Origin: Bacteroidota bacterium
Lineage (GTDB): Bacteria; Bacteroidota; Bacteroidia; NS11-12g; UBA955
Direction: 5' to 3'
NCBI GenBank assembly: GCA_027490055.1
Contig: JAIXYV010000085.1
Coordinates: 543-64,542 of the forward strand
Length of the DNA stretch: 64,000 nt
Every line of letters begins with the position of its first letter. Position 1 is the stretch's first letter. Of this stretch, positions 19,282 to 28,100 are shown in pieces. A program made the position numbers and the translations under genes. The notes beneath the pieces are model-generated. The model saw only the letters and a list, made by a program, of their open reading frames with translations, was not told the origin of the DNA and made no database searches.

Positions 19282-20358
19282 ATGAAAATGGGAGAGGTTT
19301 TTTACTTACCTTTGTCATTATCACCTTCATTTAGAAAACAACAAAAAAGTAGAAAATTGGGCTTCAAATTCAGTCATATCTTTATTGTTTTATTTGCTGT
19401 AGCCTGCAATAACCAAACTTCTGTGAAGGTGCCCGAAGCGCCAGTGAATCCAATGGCCCGCAAGATTGACAGTATCCGATACATCATGCCAAATGTCAAT
19501 GCCGGCTGCATGATTTACATCGATAGCAATGGTAAGATTTTTCGAAAGCTATGGGGTAAAAATGTGTCCTCTGATGCCGTTTGTGATACCACAATTTTTG
19601 AAGGTGCCTCTCTCAGTAAAACAGTGACGGCCTATATTTTCTGGCAAATGGTGAAAGACAAAACGATAAGGTCTTACAATGTTCGACTGCCTTCATGCCG
19701 GGGCAATGCAAGTGCCTCTGTGAATTTGCTTCGTCTCCTTAGCCATTCGGTTAAGAGCACCGATAAATGCTTAATCGACAGCCGGCACGATACCTTCAAA
19801 TATTCAGAAGATAATTACCTGATCCTACAACATTACCTTGAAACTATCAGTGGTAAGAGTTTAGAAGCGCTGGCGCAACATTATGTATTCGGTCCCTTAA
19901 AGATGAAGCATTCTACCTTTATCTGGAATGACAGTATTACAGACTATGTAGATGGCTATTTCCAGGACTACAAGAAACACCGCAATATATATCGCTTCAA
20001 ACAGGCTGCTTCTAATGGCAGTTTGTATACGTGTGCGACCGACCTGATAAAATTCAGCAAAGCAGTATTAGCCTCTGATGCCACAGACTCTATCTGTAAG
20101 CAGCTAAAACCAGTGCATCATTACAAACACCTATTCTGGGGACAGGGCATGGGAATAGATAGTAGCATGAACAGCAATCTGCTATGGCAGTGGGGCTGCA
20201 ACTGGTCGTACAACCATATTTTATTAATAGACAAAAAGAAAAAAGACATAGTAATAGGCTTAACTAACAGTATTATTGGCGCCAAGCGTTTGAGGTATGC
20301 AAGCAACTACCTAAAAGGCAGCGAATTAGAACTATTTAACTATATCAATTGGTATTAA
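19282..20358 (+). CDS. Serine hydrolase of the beta-lactamase/PBP fold (class C-like), probable lipoprotein
   Basis: 358 aa. SxxK motif in FEGASLSKTVTAYIF. Hydrophobic leader ending ...LFAVACNNQ. Confidence 0.65.
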   Translation: MKMGEVFYLPLSLSPSFRKQQKSRKLGFKFSHIFIVLFAVACNNQTSVKVPEAPVNPMARKIDSIRYIMPNVNAGCMIYIDSNGKIFRKLWGKNVSSDAVCDTTIFEGASLSKTVTAYIFWQMVKDKTIRSYNVRLPSCRGNASASVNLLRLLSHSVKSTDKCLIDSRHDTFKYSEDNYLILQHYLETISGKSLEALAQHYVFGPLKMKHSTFIWNDSITDYVDGYFQDYKKHRNIYRFKQAASNGSLYTCATDLIKFSKAVLASDATDSICKQLKPVHHYKHLFWGQGMGIDSSMNSNLLWQWGCNWSYNHILLIDKKKKDIVIGLTNSIIGAKRLRYASNYLKGSELELFNYINWY

Positions 20359-20369
20359 TTTCTTTTATC

Positions 20370-20400
20370 TTTGGGAATTGCAAATAATTTGTTACCTTTG
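20370..20400 (+). promoter_or_regulatory. Bacteroidota sigma-A type promoter for tRNA-Leu(UAG)
   Basis: TTTG (20370-20373), a 19-nt spacer, then TACCTTTG (20393-20400). Confidence 0.45.
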
Positions 20401-20434
20401 CAGCCCTGATTTTCAAAACGGGAGTCCGAAATTT

Positions 20435-20516
20435 GCGGATGTGGCGTAATTGGTAGCCGTGCCAGACTTAGGATCTGGTGCCGAAAGGCGTGGGGGTTCG
20501 AGTCCCTTCATCCGCA
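20435..20516 (+). tRNA. tRNA-Leu (anticodon TAG)
   Basis: 82-nt class II cloverleaf. Acceptor GCGGATG/CATCCGC, anticodon stem CCAGA/TCTGG with loop CTTAGGA, variable arm GCCGAAAGGC, T-loop TTCGAGT. Confidence 0.85.
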
Positions 20517-20520
20517 CAAA

Positions 20521-20549
20521 GGTCAGCAACCCATCAGGGTTGCCTGACC
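20521..20549 (+). other. Strong GC-rich hairpin immediately 3' of tRNA-Leu(UAG), no U tract
   Basis: GGTCAGCAACCC-ATCA-GGGTTG(C)CTGACC: a 12-bp stem with one bulged C. Followed by CCCGACAGG rather than a T run. Confidence 0.6.
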
Positions 20550-20633
20550 TCCCGACAGGCACCCGTTTGAACACCGGACAACACATCACCTTTCAAAATT
20601 ATCAGGCCCTTAGGCCAAAACAAAAAAGCATCA

Positions 20634-22007
20634 ATGCAAGTAAATTTCAATAAAATAGACGATTTAAATGCTACTCTGACTGTAGCGCTTACTAAAGCAG
20701 ATTACGCAGAATCCGTTGAAAAAGAACTAAAAAAACACCAGAAACAAATTGCAGTTAAAGGTTTCCGTCAGGGTGCCGCTCCAATAGGCATGATTAAAAG
20801 TATTTACGGTAAAAGCATCCTTGTAGATGAAATTAACCGTTTAGCTTCAAACGCACTTTTCGAACACCTTAAAGAACAAAATATCGATATCATCGCTCAG
20901 CCACTTCCTAGTGAATCTGTAGCCTCTGATGTAGATATCGACAATAAAGAAGATTATACTTTCGCCTTCGATTTAGGTCTAGCGCCTAAATTTGATTTCA
21001 ACATCGGTTCTTCTGATGTTGTTGAACGCTTTGTAATTTCAGTTGATGATGCTGAAGTGAATAAAGAAGTTGAATCTCTGCGTGTGCGCTATGGCAGCAT
21101 GGAAAATGTAGAGTCTGCTGAAGAAAAAGACATTGTTTACGCTTTCTTAACTGAATTAAACGAAAACGGTGAAGCTTTCGAAGGTGGTGTCGACAACAAA
21201 GAAACTTCTTTCACTGCTGAGTTAATTAAAGACGAAGCCCTGAAAGCTCAGTTAATCGGTCTGAAAAAAGATGCTGAAATCACTTTGGATATTTTCAAAT
21301 TATTCAATGACAACAGTAGCGTTATAGGTAGCTCTTTAGGTATCAGCAAAGAAGCTGTTGCTGATTTGAACAAAACTTTCAAACTAAAAGTGAAAGAAAT
21401 CAGCAGACGTATTCCGGCAGAAATTAACCAAGACCTGTTTAACCAGGTTTTAGGTGATGGTGTTGTCGCAACTGAAGAGGAGTTCAAAACTAAAATCAAA
21501 GAAAATCTTGAAGCATACTACCGCAGCGAAAGTGATCACCATGTTGAACATATGATTACGCACTTGCTGAACGATAAACATGAAGTGCCACTTCCTGATG
21601 CTTTCCTGAAAAGATGGTTATTAAGCACCAAAGAAGATAACTACAATGCTGAAAACATTGATGAGCGTTATGTCAACGAATCTAAAGTTCTGAAAGAAAT
21701 TCTGATTAGAGAAAAAGCAGCTGCTAAATTTGCGGTTAAAATTGAACCACAAGATATTGAAGATGCTTCTTTAGGCTACACGCTTTCTATGTTCAGAAAC
21801 TATGGTTTACAAAACCCAGAGTTCGAATTTGTGAAAAAATTCAGCGACGATTCATTAAAGAAAAGAGAATATGTTGAGCAAATGAATGATATCGCGTTAA
21901 AACGTAAAGTTTACCACGAGATCAAAGAAATAGTGTCTTACAAAGATACTAATGTGAGCATCGAAGAGTTCTACAAACACATCGAAGAACACAATCACCA
22001 ACATTAA
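20634..22007 (+). CDS. tig: Trigger factor
   Basis: 457 aa. N-terminal ribosome-binding signature GFRQGAAP. Canonical tig-clpP-clpX neighbourhood. Confidence 0.9.
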   Translation: MQVNFNKIDDLNATLTVALTKADYAESVEKELKKHQKQIAVKGFRQGAAPIGMIKSIYGKSILVDEINRLASNALFEHLKEQNIDIIAQPLPSESVASDVDIDNKEDYTFAFDLGLAPKFDFNIGSSDVVERFVISVDDAEVNKEVESLRVRYGSMENVESAEEKDIVYAFLTELNENGEAFEGGVDNKETSFTAELIKDEALKAQLIGLKKDAEITLDIFKLFNDNSSVIGSSLGISKEAVADLNKTFKLKVKEISRRIPAEINQDLFNQVLGDGVVATEEEFKTKIKENLEAYYRSESDHHVEHMITHLLNDKHEVPLPDAFLKRWLLSTKEDNYNAENIDERYVNESKVLKEILIREKAAAKFAVKIEPQDIEDASLGYTLSMFRNYGLQNPEFEFVKKFSDDSLKKREYVEQMNDIALKRKVYHEIKEIVSYKDTNVSIEEFYKHIEEHNHQH

Positions 22008-22026
22008 TTAAAACAATATTTTAAAA

Positions 22027-22053
22027 GCCCCGAATGATTTCGGGGCTTTTTTT
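22027..22053 (+). terminator. Intrinsic terminator of tig
   Basis: GCCCCGAA-TGAT-TTCGGGGC perfect 8-bp stem followed by T7. Confidence 0.85.
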
Positions 22054-22096
22054 GTTCCGTTGACCGTCCTTTGACTGTGCTCAGGAACCTCAGGTC

Positions 22097-22286
22097 CGGC
22101 GTCGCTTTCATTTTCATTCTCGCTATCATGTCGGCGTCGCTGCTGCCAGGCATATCCAAGATATTTCTCTGGCGCCAAACCGTTATATTGCCGGCGTCGC
22201 TGCCGCCTGACTTACCCAATCATTGCTTTTCTTCTAACCGATGTCTATCCAATGCCGCTGGCATATCCAAGATTATTCTCTGGCGC
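22097..22286. repeat. GC-rich tandem repeat block (about two units of roughly 95-110 bp)
   Basis: The exact 10-mer CGGCGTCGCT occurs at 22097, 22132 and 22192. The 27-mer GGCATATCCAAGAT(AT/TA)TTCTCTGGCGC occurs at 22149-22175 and 22260-22286 (25/27 identical). Confidence 0.9.
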
Positions 22287-22293
22287 AAGCCCC

Positions 22294-22331
22294 CCTATAT
22301 CCTATATCCTATTTCCTGATTCCTGATTCCT
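22294..22331. repeat. Tandem heptanucleotide array (5.4 copies)
   Basis: CCTATAT CCTATAT CCTATTT CCTGATT CCTGATT CCT, read directly from the sequence. Confidence 0.95.
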
Positions 22332-22444
22332 AAAAAGAAAAACAATTCCCTATTCCATCTGTTTATTATAAAAAGACAGAAAAGAACACCGGTGCCATCT
22401 GCTGGTGCTTTTGTACAATGTCTTTATCGATTTGTATAATTAAT

Positions 22445-22476
22445 TTTGTGCCTTTTTGTCACATCAATTAAATTTG
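22445..22476 (+). promoter_or_regulatory. Candidate clpP promoter
   Basis: TTTG (22445-22448), a 20-nt spacer, then TAAATTTG (22469-22476), 28 nt upstream of the clpP ATG. Confidence 0.4.
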
Positions 22477-22504
22477 TACTATTATTGTTGAATAAAATTA
22501 CATT

Positions 22505-23200
22505 ATGGACCAAGGAAACGAATTTAAAAAATACGCCAGCAAGCATCTGGGTTTAAACAGCCTTACTCTAGACAGATATATTAACAGCGCTACGCCTAAT
22601 GTTATCACTAACCTTACGCCTAATATCATTGAGGAACGCCCTCTGAATATTGCAGCTATGGATATCTTCTCACGCTTAATGATGGATAGAATCATCTTCT
22701 TAGGTGTGCCTATCAACGACGAAGTAGCCAATATCGTTATGGGTCAGTTGCTTTTCCTGGAAAGCACTAATCCAAATAGAGATATTCAAATCTATATCAA
22801 CAGTCCGGGTGGTAGCGTATACGCCGGTCTGGGTATTTATGATACCATGCAGTTTATTACCAGTGATGTGTCTACAATCTGCACAGGTATGGCTGCCAGT
22901 ATGGGCGCAGTATTAATGTGTGCCGGTGCTCACGGTAAAAGAACAGCGCTTAAACATAGCCGTGTGATGATTCACCAGCCTCTTGGTGGTGTTCAGGGTC
23001 AGGCTACCGAAATAGAAATTACCTACAGAGAAATTTCTAAACTTAAAAAAGAACTTTACGATATCATTGCCTACCACAGCGGTCAGCCTTACGAAAAGGT
23101 GGAAAAAGATAGCGACCGCGATTACTGGATGACTTCAGAAGAAGCTAAAGCATACGGTATGGTAGATGAAGTGCTTATCAGAAGCAAAGAGAAAAAATAA
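22505..23200 (+). CDS. clpP: ATP-dependent Clp protease proteolytic subunit ClpP
   Basis: 231 aa. Catalytic-site contexts GMAASMGA and VMIHQPLGG. N-terminal extension of about 25 aa. Confidence 0.95.
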   Translation: MDQGNEFKKYASKHLGLNSLTLDRYINSATPNVITNLTPNIIEERPLNIAAMDIFSRLMMDRIIFLGVPINDEVANIVMGQLLFLESTNPNRDIQIYINSPGGSVYAGLGIYDTMQFITSDVSTICTGMAASMGAVLMCAGAHGKRTALKHSRVMIHQPLGGVQGQATEIEITYREISKLKKELYDIIAYHSGQPYEKVEKDSDRDYWMTSEEAKAYGMVDEVLIRSKEKK

Positions 23201-24432
23201 TGGCAAGTAAAAAATCCAGTTCCTTCTGCTCCTTTTGCGGTAAACCAAAAGAGGAAGCAACTATGCTTATCTCCGGTATTGAAGCCAATATCTGCGACGC
23301 TTGTGTTGAACAGGCTTCTAAGATTGTGGAAGTAGAACTGGGCAATACTGTCAAATCTAAAAAATCTGGCTCCGATCTTCAAATCAATCTCCTTAAACCA
23401 GTTGAAATTAAAAAACATCTGGATGAGTATGTGATTGGTCAGGACCAAGCCAAAAAAGTGCTGGCTGTTGCCATCTATAACCACTATAAAAGAGTACTCA
23501 ACCCAACAGAACGCGAAGACACTGAGATTGAAAAATCGAATGTGCTGATGGTGGGTGAAACTGGTACCGGTAAAACCCTCCTGGTGCGCACTCTGGCTAA
23601 AATCCTTAAAGTGCCTTTCTGCATTGCAGATGCCACAGTTTTAACTGAAGCAGGTTATGTAGGTGAAGACGTTGAAAGTGTTATTTCTCGCCTCTACCAG
23701 GCCAGTGATTACGATGTGGATGCTACCCAACGTGGTATTGTTTATATCGACGAGATTGATAAGATTGCCCGCAAAGGTGATAATCCTTCTATCAGCAGAG
23801 ATGTGAGTGGCGAAGGCGTTCAACAGGGTTTGCTTAAACTCCTTGAAGGCACTGTTGCTAATATTGCCCCTGAAGGTGGCAGAAAACACCCAGATCAGAA
23901 ATTCGTTAAAATAGATACCCGCAATATCCTTTTCATTTGTGGCGGTGCCTTTAATGGTATTGAAAAAATTATCGCTAAACGCATTAACTCTTCTGCCATG
24001 GGCTTCCAGTCGGCGAAAAAAGACCGTGTTCAGGACCAGGATCTGATTGAACAAATTGCACCTTCTGATCTTAAATCATTTGGTTTGATTCCCGAAATTA
24101 TCGGTCGTATGCCAATGATTACCTACCTGCAACCGCTTGACAGAGATGCCCTGAAAAACATTCTGGTGAAGCCTAAAAATGCTTTATTAAAACAATATAT
24201 CCGCTTAATGGAACTTGAAGGCATTAAACTGGTATTTGATAAAAAAGCTATTGAACTGATTGTTAGTAAGGCAGTAGAATTTAAACTTGGAGCTCGTGGT
24301 CTCAGAACCATCTGCGAAAAGCTAATGCTGGATGTGATGTATGACGCGCCTTCTAAGAACGAAAAGGAAATTACCATCACCTCTGATATGGTGGTGAATA
24401 AACTTTCCGACCTGGATATCAAAGCTGCCTAA
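23200..24432 (+). CDS. clpX: ATP-dependent Clp protease ATP-binding subunit ClpX
   Basis: 410 aa. N-terminal zinc ribbon CSFCGK...CDAC, Walker A GETGTGKT. TAATG junction with clpP. Confidence 0.95.
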   Translation: MASKKSSSFCSFCGKPKEEATMLISGIEANICDACVEQASKIVEVELGNTVKSKKSGSDLQINLLKPVEIKKHLDEYVIGQDQAKKVLAVAIYNHYKRVLNPTEREDTEIEKSNVLMVGETGTGKTLLVRTLAKILKVPFCIADATVLTEAGYVGEDVESVISRLYQASDYDVDATQRGIVYIDEIDKIARKGDNPSISRDVSGEGVQQGLLKLLEGTVANIAPEGGRKHPDQKFVKIDTRNILFICGGAFNGIEKIIAKRINSSAMGFQSAKKDRVQDQDLIEQIAPSDLKSFGLIPEIIGRMPMITYLQPLDRDALKNILVKPKNALLKQYIRLMELEGIKLVFDKKAIELIVSKAVEFKLGARGLRTICEKLMLDVMYDAPSKNEKEITITSDMVVNKLSDLDIKAA

Positions 24433-25064
24433 TGTCTACTCAAGCCATTCAGAACGCCTACCCGGATTTTGAACCTGGTTTAGTTAAAACCATTGAAGAA
24501 CAGGCTGCTGTCAAACATTTTAAATCCGGAGAAGTTATTATTCGCACGGGCCAGTACATTCAAAATACAATGCTCTTGCTCAATGGTAAAATTAAAGTAT
24601 ACCGCGAAGACGATGAAGGCAATGAATTCTTTATGTATTACCTCATGCCCGGTCAGGCTTGCGCTATCTCTATGATCTGCGCCACTAAAATGGAAACTTC
24701 TAAAATCATGGCCAGAGTGGTAGAAGATTCAGAAGTTCTGATGGTGCCGCTCAATATGATGGAAAAATGGATGGGTGAATTCAAAAGCTGGTACGAGTTT
24801 GTTGTTACCACCTACCGCAACCGCTTTGAAGAGGTATTAACCGTGTTGGATCAGGTAGCATTCAGGAGCATGGACGAACGTTTAGAATTTTATTTAAAAC
24901 GCCATGCCGAAAACAACCAGTCTAAAACCATACACCTCTCCCACCAGGAAATCGCGAACGAACTTAATTCCAGTCGCGAAGTAATCTCTCGCCTCCTCAA
25001 AAAAATGGAACAAAGAGGCCTGCTGCTGCTCAATAGAAACAGCATCGAATTACTGAAAATGTAA
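24432..25064 (+). CDS. Crp/Fnr-family transcriptional regulator
   Basis: 210 aa. cNMP-binding beta-barrel region plus the C-terminal HTH SHQEIANELNSSREVISRLLKKM. Its start shares the final A of the clpX TAA (TAATG). Confidence 0.85.
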   Translation: MSTQAIQNAYPDFEPGLVKTIEEQAAVKHFKSGEVIIRTGQYIQNTMLLLNGKIKVYREDDEGNEFFMYYLMPGQACAISMICATKMETSKIMARVVEDSEVLMVPLNMMEKWMGEFKSWYEFVVTTYRNRFEEVLTVLDQVAFRSMDERLEFYLKRHAENNQSKTIHLSHQEIANELNSSREVISRLLKKMEQRGLLLLNRNSIELLKM

Positions 25065-25121
25065 TTCACTATTCACAAATTCTTAAAAAATTTATTTTAC
25101 TCAAGCAACGTTTTGTTGTAA

Positions 25122-25141
25122 ATTTCATTCTTATATGAAAT
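25122..25141. promoter_or_regulatory. 7-bp inverted repeat ATTTCAT-N6-ATGAAAT just upstream of the T9SS cargo gene
   Basis: Perfect palindromic arms at 25122-25128 and 25135-25141, 16 nt before the ATG at 25157. Possible operator; its binding partner is unknown. Confidence 0.3.
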
Positions 25142-25156
25142 CCGCATGATATAACT

Positions 25157-28100
25157 ATGAAACTATTTATTACTTTACGCCAATTACCACTTTTTGTCTT
25201 TGCATTTTGCCTGTATTTTTCAAATTCTGCAAATGCACAGTGCCACATTACCAACAGCAGCGCCCTTTGTGTTGGTCAGCCCATTGAGTTTAATTGTAAC
25301 TCTATTGGAAGTTCAGCTTTTCAGTGGGACTTCAATGCTGAGGGCTCGAATAACAATTCGTGCAATCCTTCTTTTGTTTTTAATACCCCTGGCTTTAAAG
25401 TAATTAAGCTGAGTCTCAAATTGGCCAATGGTAAAACCTGTCAAACTCAGAAAACCATTAGAATCACAGCCTTGCCTACCGTTAAATTTGGCAGAGTCAG
25501 CAACAGAATACAATGTTTCAGTAGCAATCAATATTGCTTTATTGATAGTAGCTTTATAAGTGGAGATTCTATTTGTACGACGGGCTATGTCTTCGACGAT
25601 GGCACTAAATACACCTCCACTGGCAATAGAGTTAAACAAATCTGTCATAGCTTTCAAGATCCTGCAGGTGGCACATACGGAGTAACAGTGACTGTGACCA
25701 GCTGTAATGGTTGCAGCAAAACTGTCAGATATAATGCCATCGCTACTGTTAAACCTTCTCTGGGATTGTTTTTTACCTCCCCTCAGCCAAAACGTTGTGA
25801 TAGTGTCCTTCTTACCCTCACCAATATCTCACAGGTAGAGCTCGACAGTCTGCAAACCTTTACCTGGATCTGGGACGATGGCTCATACACTAATGGCACA
25901 TCTGCAACGCCTGGTTTATGGAAAACTCAGGTCAGCCATAAATACACGACTCAAGGTCCGCGTAACGGCAACTTCAATGTAAAACTGGCAGCTACCACCA
26001 AAAGCGGCTGCAAAGACACATTCACCTATAATGCTGCTGCAACTAATATCATCATCAAACCCCTTATTCTTTCAAGCAAAGACTCTGTATGCGCGAGCGA
26101 TTCAAAGATTACTTTTAAATTAAAAGATTCTGCTATCATCGGCGCTGCGAATCCTCTTTTTCAATACGAATTTCCATATGTCCCTGCCAATATAACACGT
26201 GCCTGGACAGGGTCGCATGCCTTCACTGCGCCTGGTGCCTACAAAGTCAATTTCAGCTTTACTCACAGCATTCCTGGCTGTGGCCGCACCATCTCTGATA
26301 CCATCCTGGTACTGGGACCGCAAAGCATGGTTGAAAGTGGTGGCACTAATGCCATCAATCCAGCACTGCGTTATCAGTGCGTGATTACCGACACAGTTAA
26401 ATTTACTAACTTCTCAAAGTTCTATCATAACGATAATAACTTTACAGATGACGATAGTACTTTTTATACCAGCTCTGGCTTTAACGCCCCATTAGGACAT
26501 AAATTTACCGCTACTGCTTCTCTGAATTCGCAGGTGCAAAAACGCTTGGATGAGAATATTTTAAGGGTGTGGGACTTCGGCGATGATTACTGTGAGCGCT
26601 GTACTACCGATACTAAAAACAATATCAATACCAATAAAAACTGTCGTTTTAGCAAAGACCAGTTCCCGAAACATTTGTACACCGACTGGGATAAGATTTA
26701 CCAACGCTACTATGCCAGCACCAACAGATGGATTAACTTCTACAGCAAAGATTCTGGCGCCGTTATTAAACGCAAATTGTGGGCCGACGATACCATGGCA
26801 GTACTTAATACTGGTGATACCCTTCCTAAAGTATTAGTGAAAATTGGTATGACAGTAGTGAAATATTTTAAAACCCCGATAGCATCAAATGATAGTATCA
26901 GTTATGCTTCTCACAGAAGACATTTTTACGAAAGTAAAGATGTAAAATGTTTTACAGTGAAACTCTATCAGAAAGACATTAAACACCCTTTGGCCTGCGC
27001 TTCAGAAAACACTATCAGTCTTGCCATGATGCCGCCTTCTGCTAAATACCTGAGAAAAGCAGGTGTGCAATGTTTGGGAAATTCATCAGATGCTTACGGT
27101 ATAAGTTTTATTTTAGATGAAACTAAACCAGGTTGTCATGCTACCTGGGCAGAAATCAATTTTGATACTGCAAGCAATCCAAATGCTTGGGTACCTGCCA
27201 TTGGTAAAAACCTCAGTTCTGGCGCAATTTCTATGGGTGGTTTACCACCAGTCAATCCGCCATTTTTAATTTCTCCATTCTCTAATATTCCGGGCAATAA
27301 GTTCTCAAAATCGTATAGCATTGACGATATTAAAGACAAAAAGAATGGCTTTATAGATGTTGGTCTGATTGTTGGAAATGGCATACACGCCGGAGGCATT
27401 TACCCTGAGATGTGTCAGGATACTGTTTACTATCCTAAATTCGCAAGATTCCCAATAATTGACAATTCGTTCCGTGTTATTTCTCACAAAACCTTTGGCT
27501 TTAACAACGACTATTATAAGATCTGTAAAAACCAGGAAATCGCCATAGCGCCAACATCAAACAACTACAGTAGCAGAGCGGATATTGGCTCTATTACCTA
27601 CGATTTAACAAGCACTCAAACCGGAAAATACCATACCGATGGCCATGTGCTTGGTGTAACCGAAACCTACAAACGTTTCAATCGTATCCATAAAGACTCA
27701 AGCTTTCTGATGGATTCACTTATTGTAACTAAATATCAGTACTGGAATACCACAAAAAAGATCACTTCTGTTACGCGTCTCGCTATTGCCCGAATCAATA
27801 AATGGCATGCAGAGGCCGATGTTTCTGCCGTGTATGATGTAGTTAAAAACCAACTGGCATCGCAAGGTTTAAACATTACAGCTTACTCAGCCTCACAATT
27901 AGCGGACATGATCTGGAACGGCAAAGGTACTATTGGCAAAGCCTATACAGGTTCAAGAGGTTTAATCGACACAAGTGGAATTGGAAATAAAATAGCCATA
28001 ACACTTATACCTGATCAGAAAAAAATACTGCATTTTAGAGATACCGGTATATTGCCTTTAGAAACCCATCTGGGGTATGATAATAAGGTATACAGATCTT

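Noticed and set aside
22089-22106. CAGGTCCGG resembles the conserved CAGGUCCGGAAGG core of SRP (4.5S) RNA, and the large spacers could in principle hide RNase P RNA or tmRNA.
   Set aside because: There is no GGAA tetraloop context and no complementary 3' strand for an SRP domain IV helix. There is no GGAAAGTCCGGGC-type P4 sequence and no tRNA-like 3' end. The similarity is limited to 9 nt.
22071-22319. The 82-aa plus-strand ORF with internally repeated peptides (GISKIFLWRQ / GISKIILWRK), and the overlapping 71-aa minus-strand ORF at 22004-22219.
   Set aside because: The peptide repeats only mirror the DNA repeats. The ORF starts inside the region just after the tig terminator, has no promoter match, and runs into the heptamer array. 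It is treated as non-coding.
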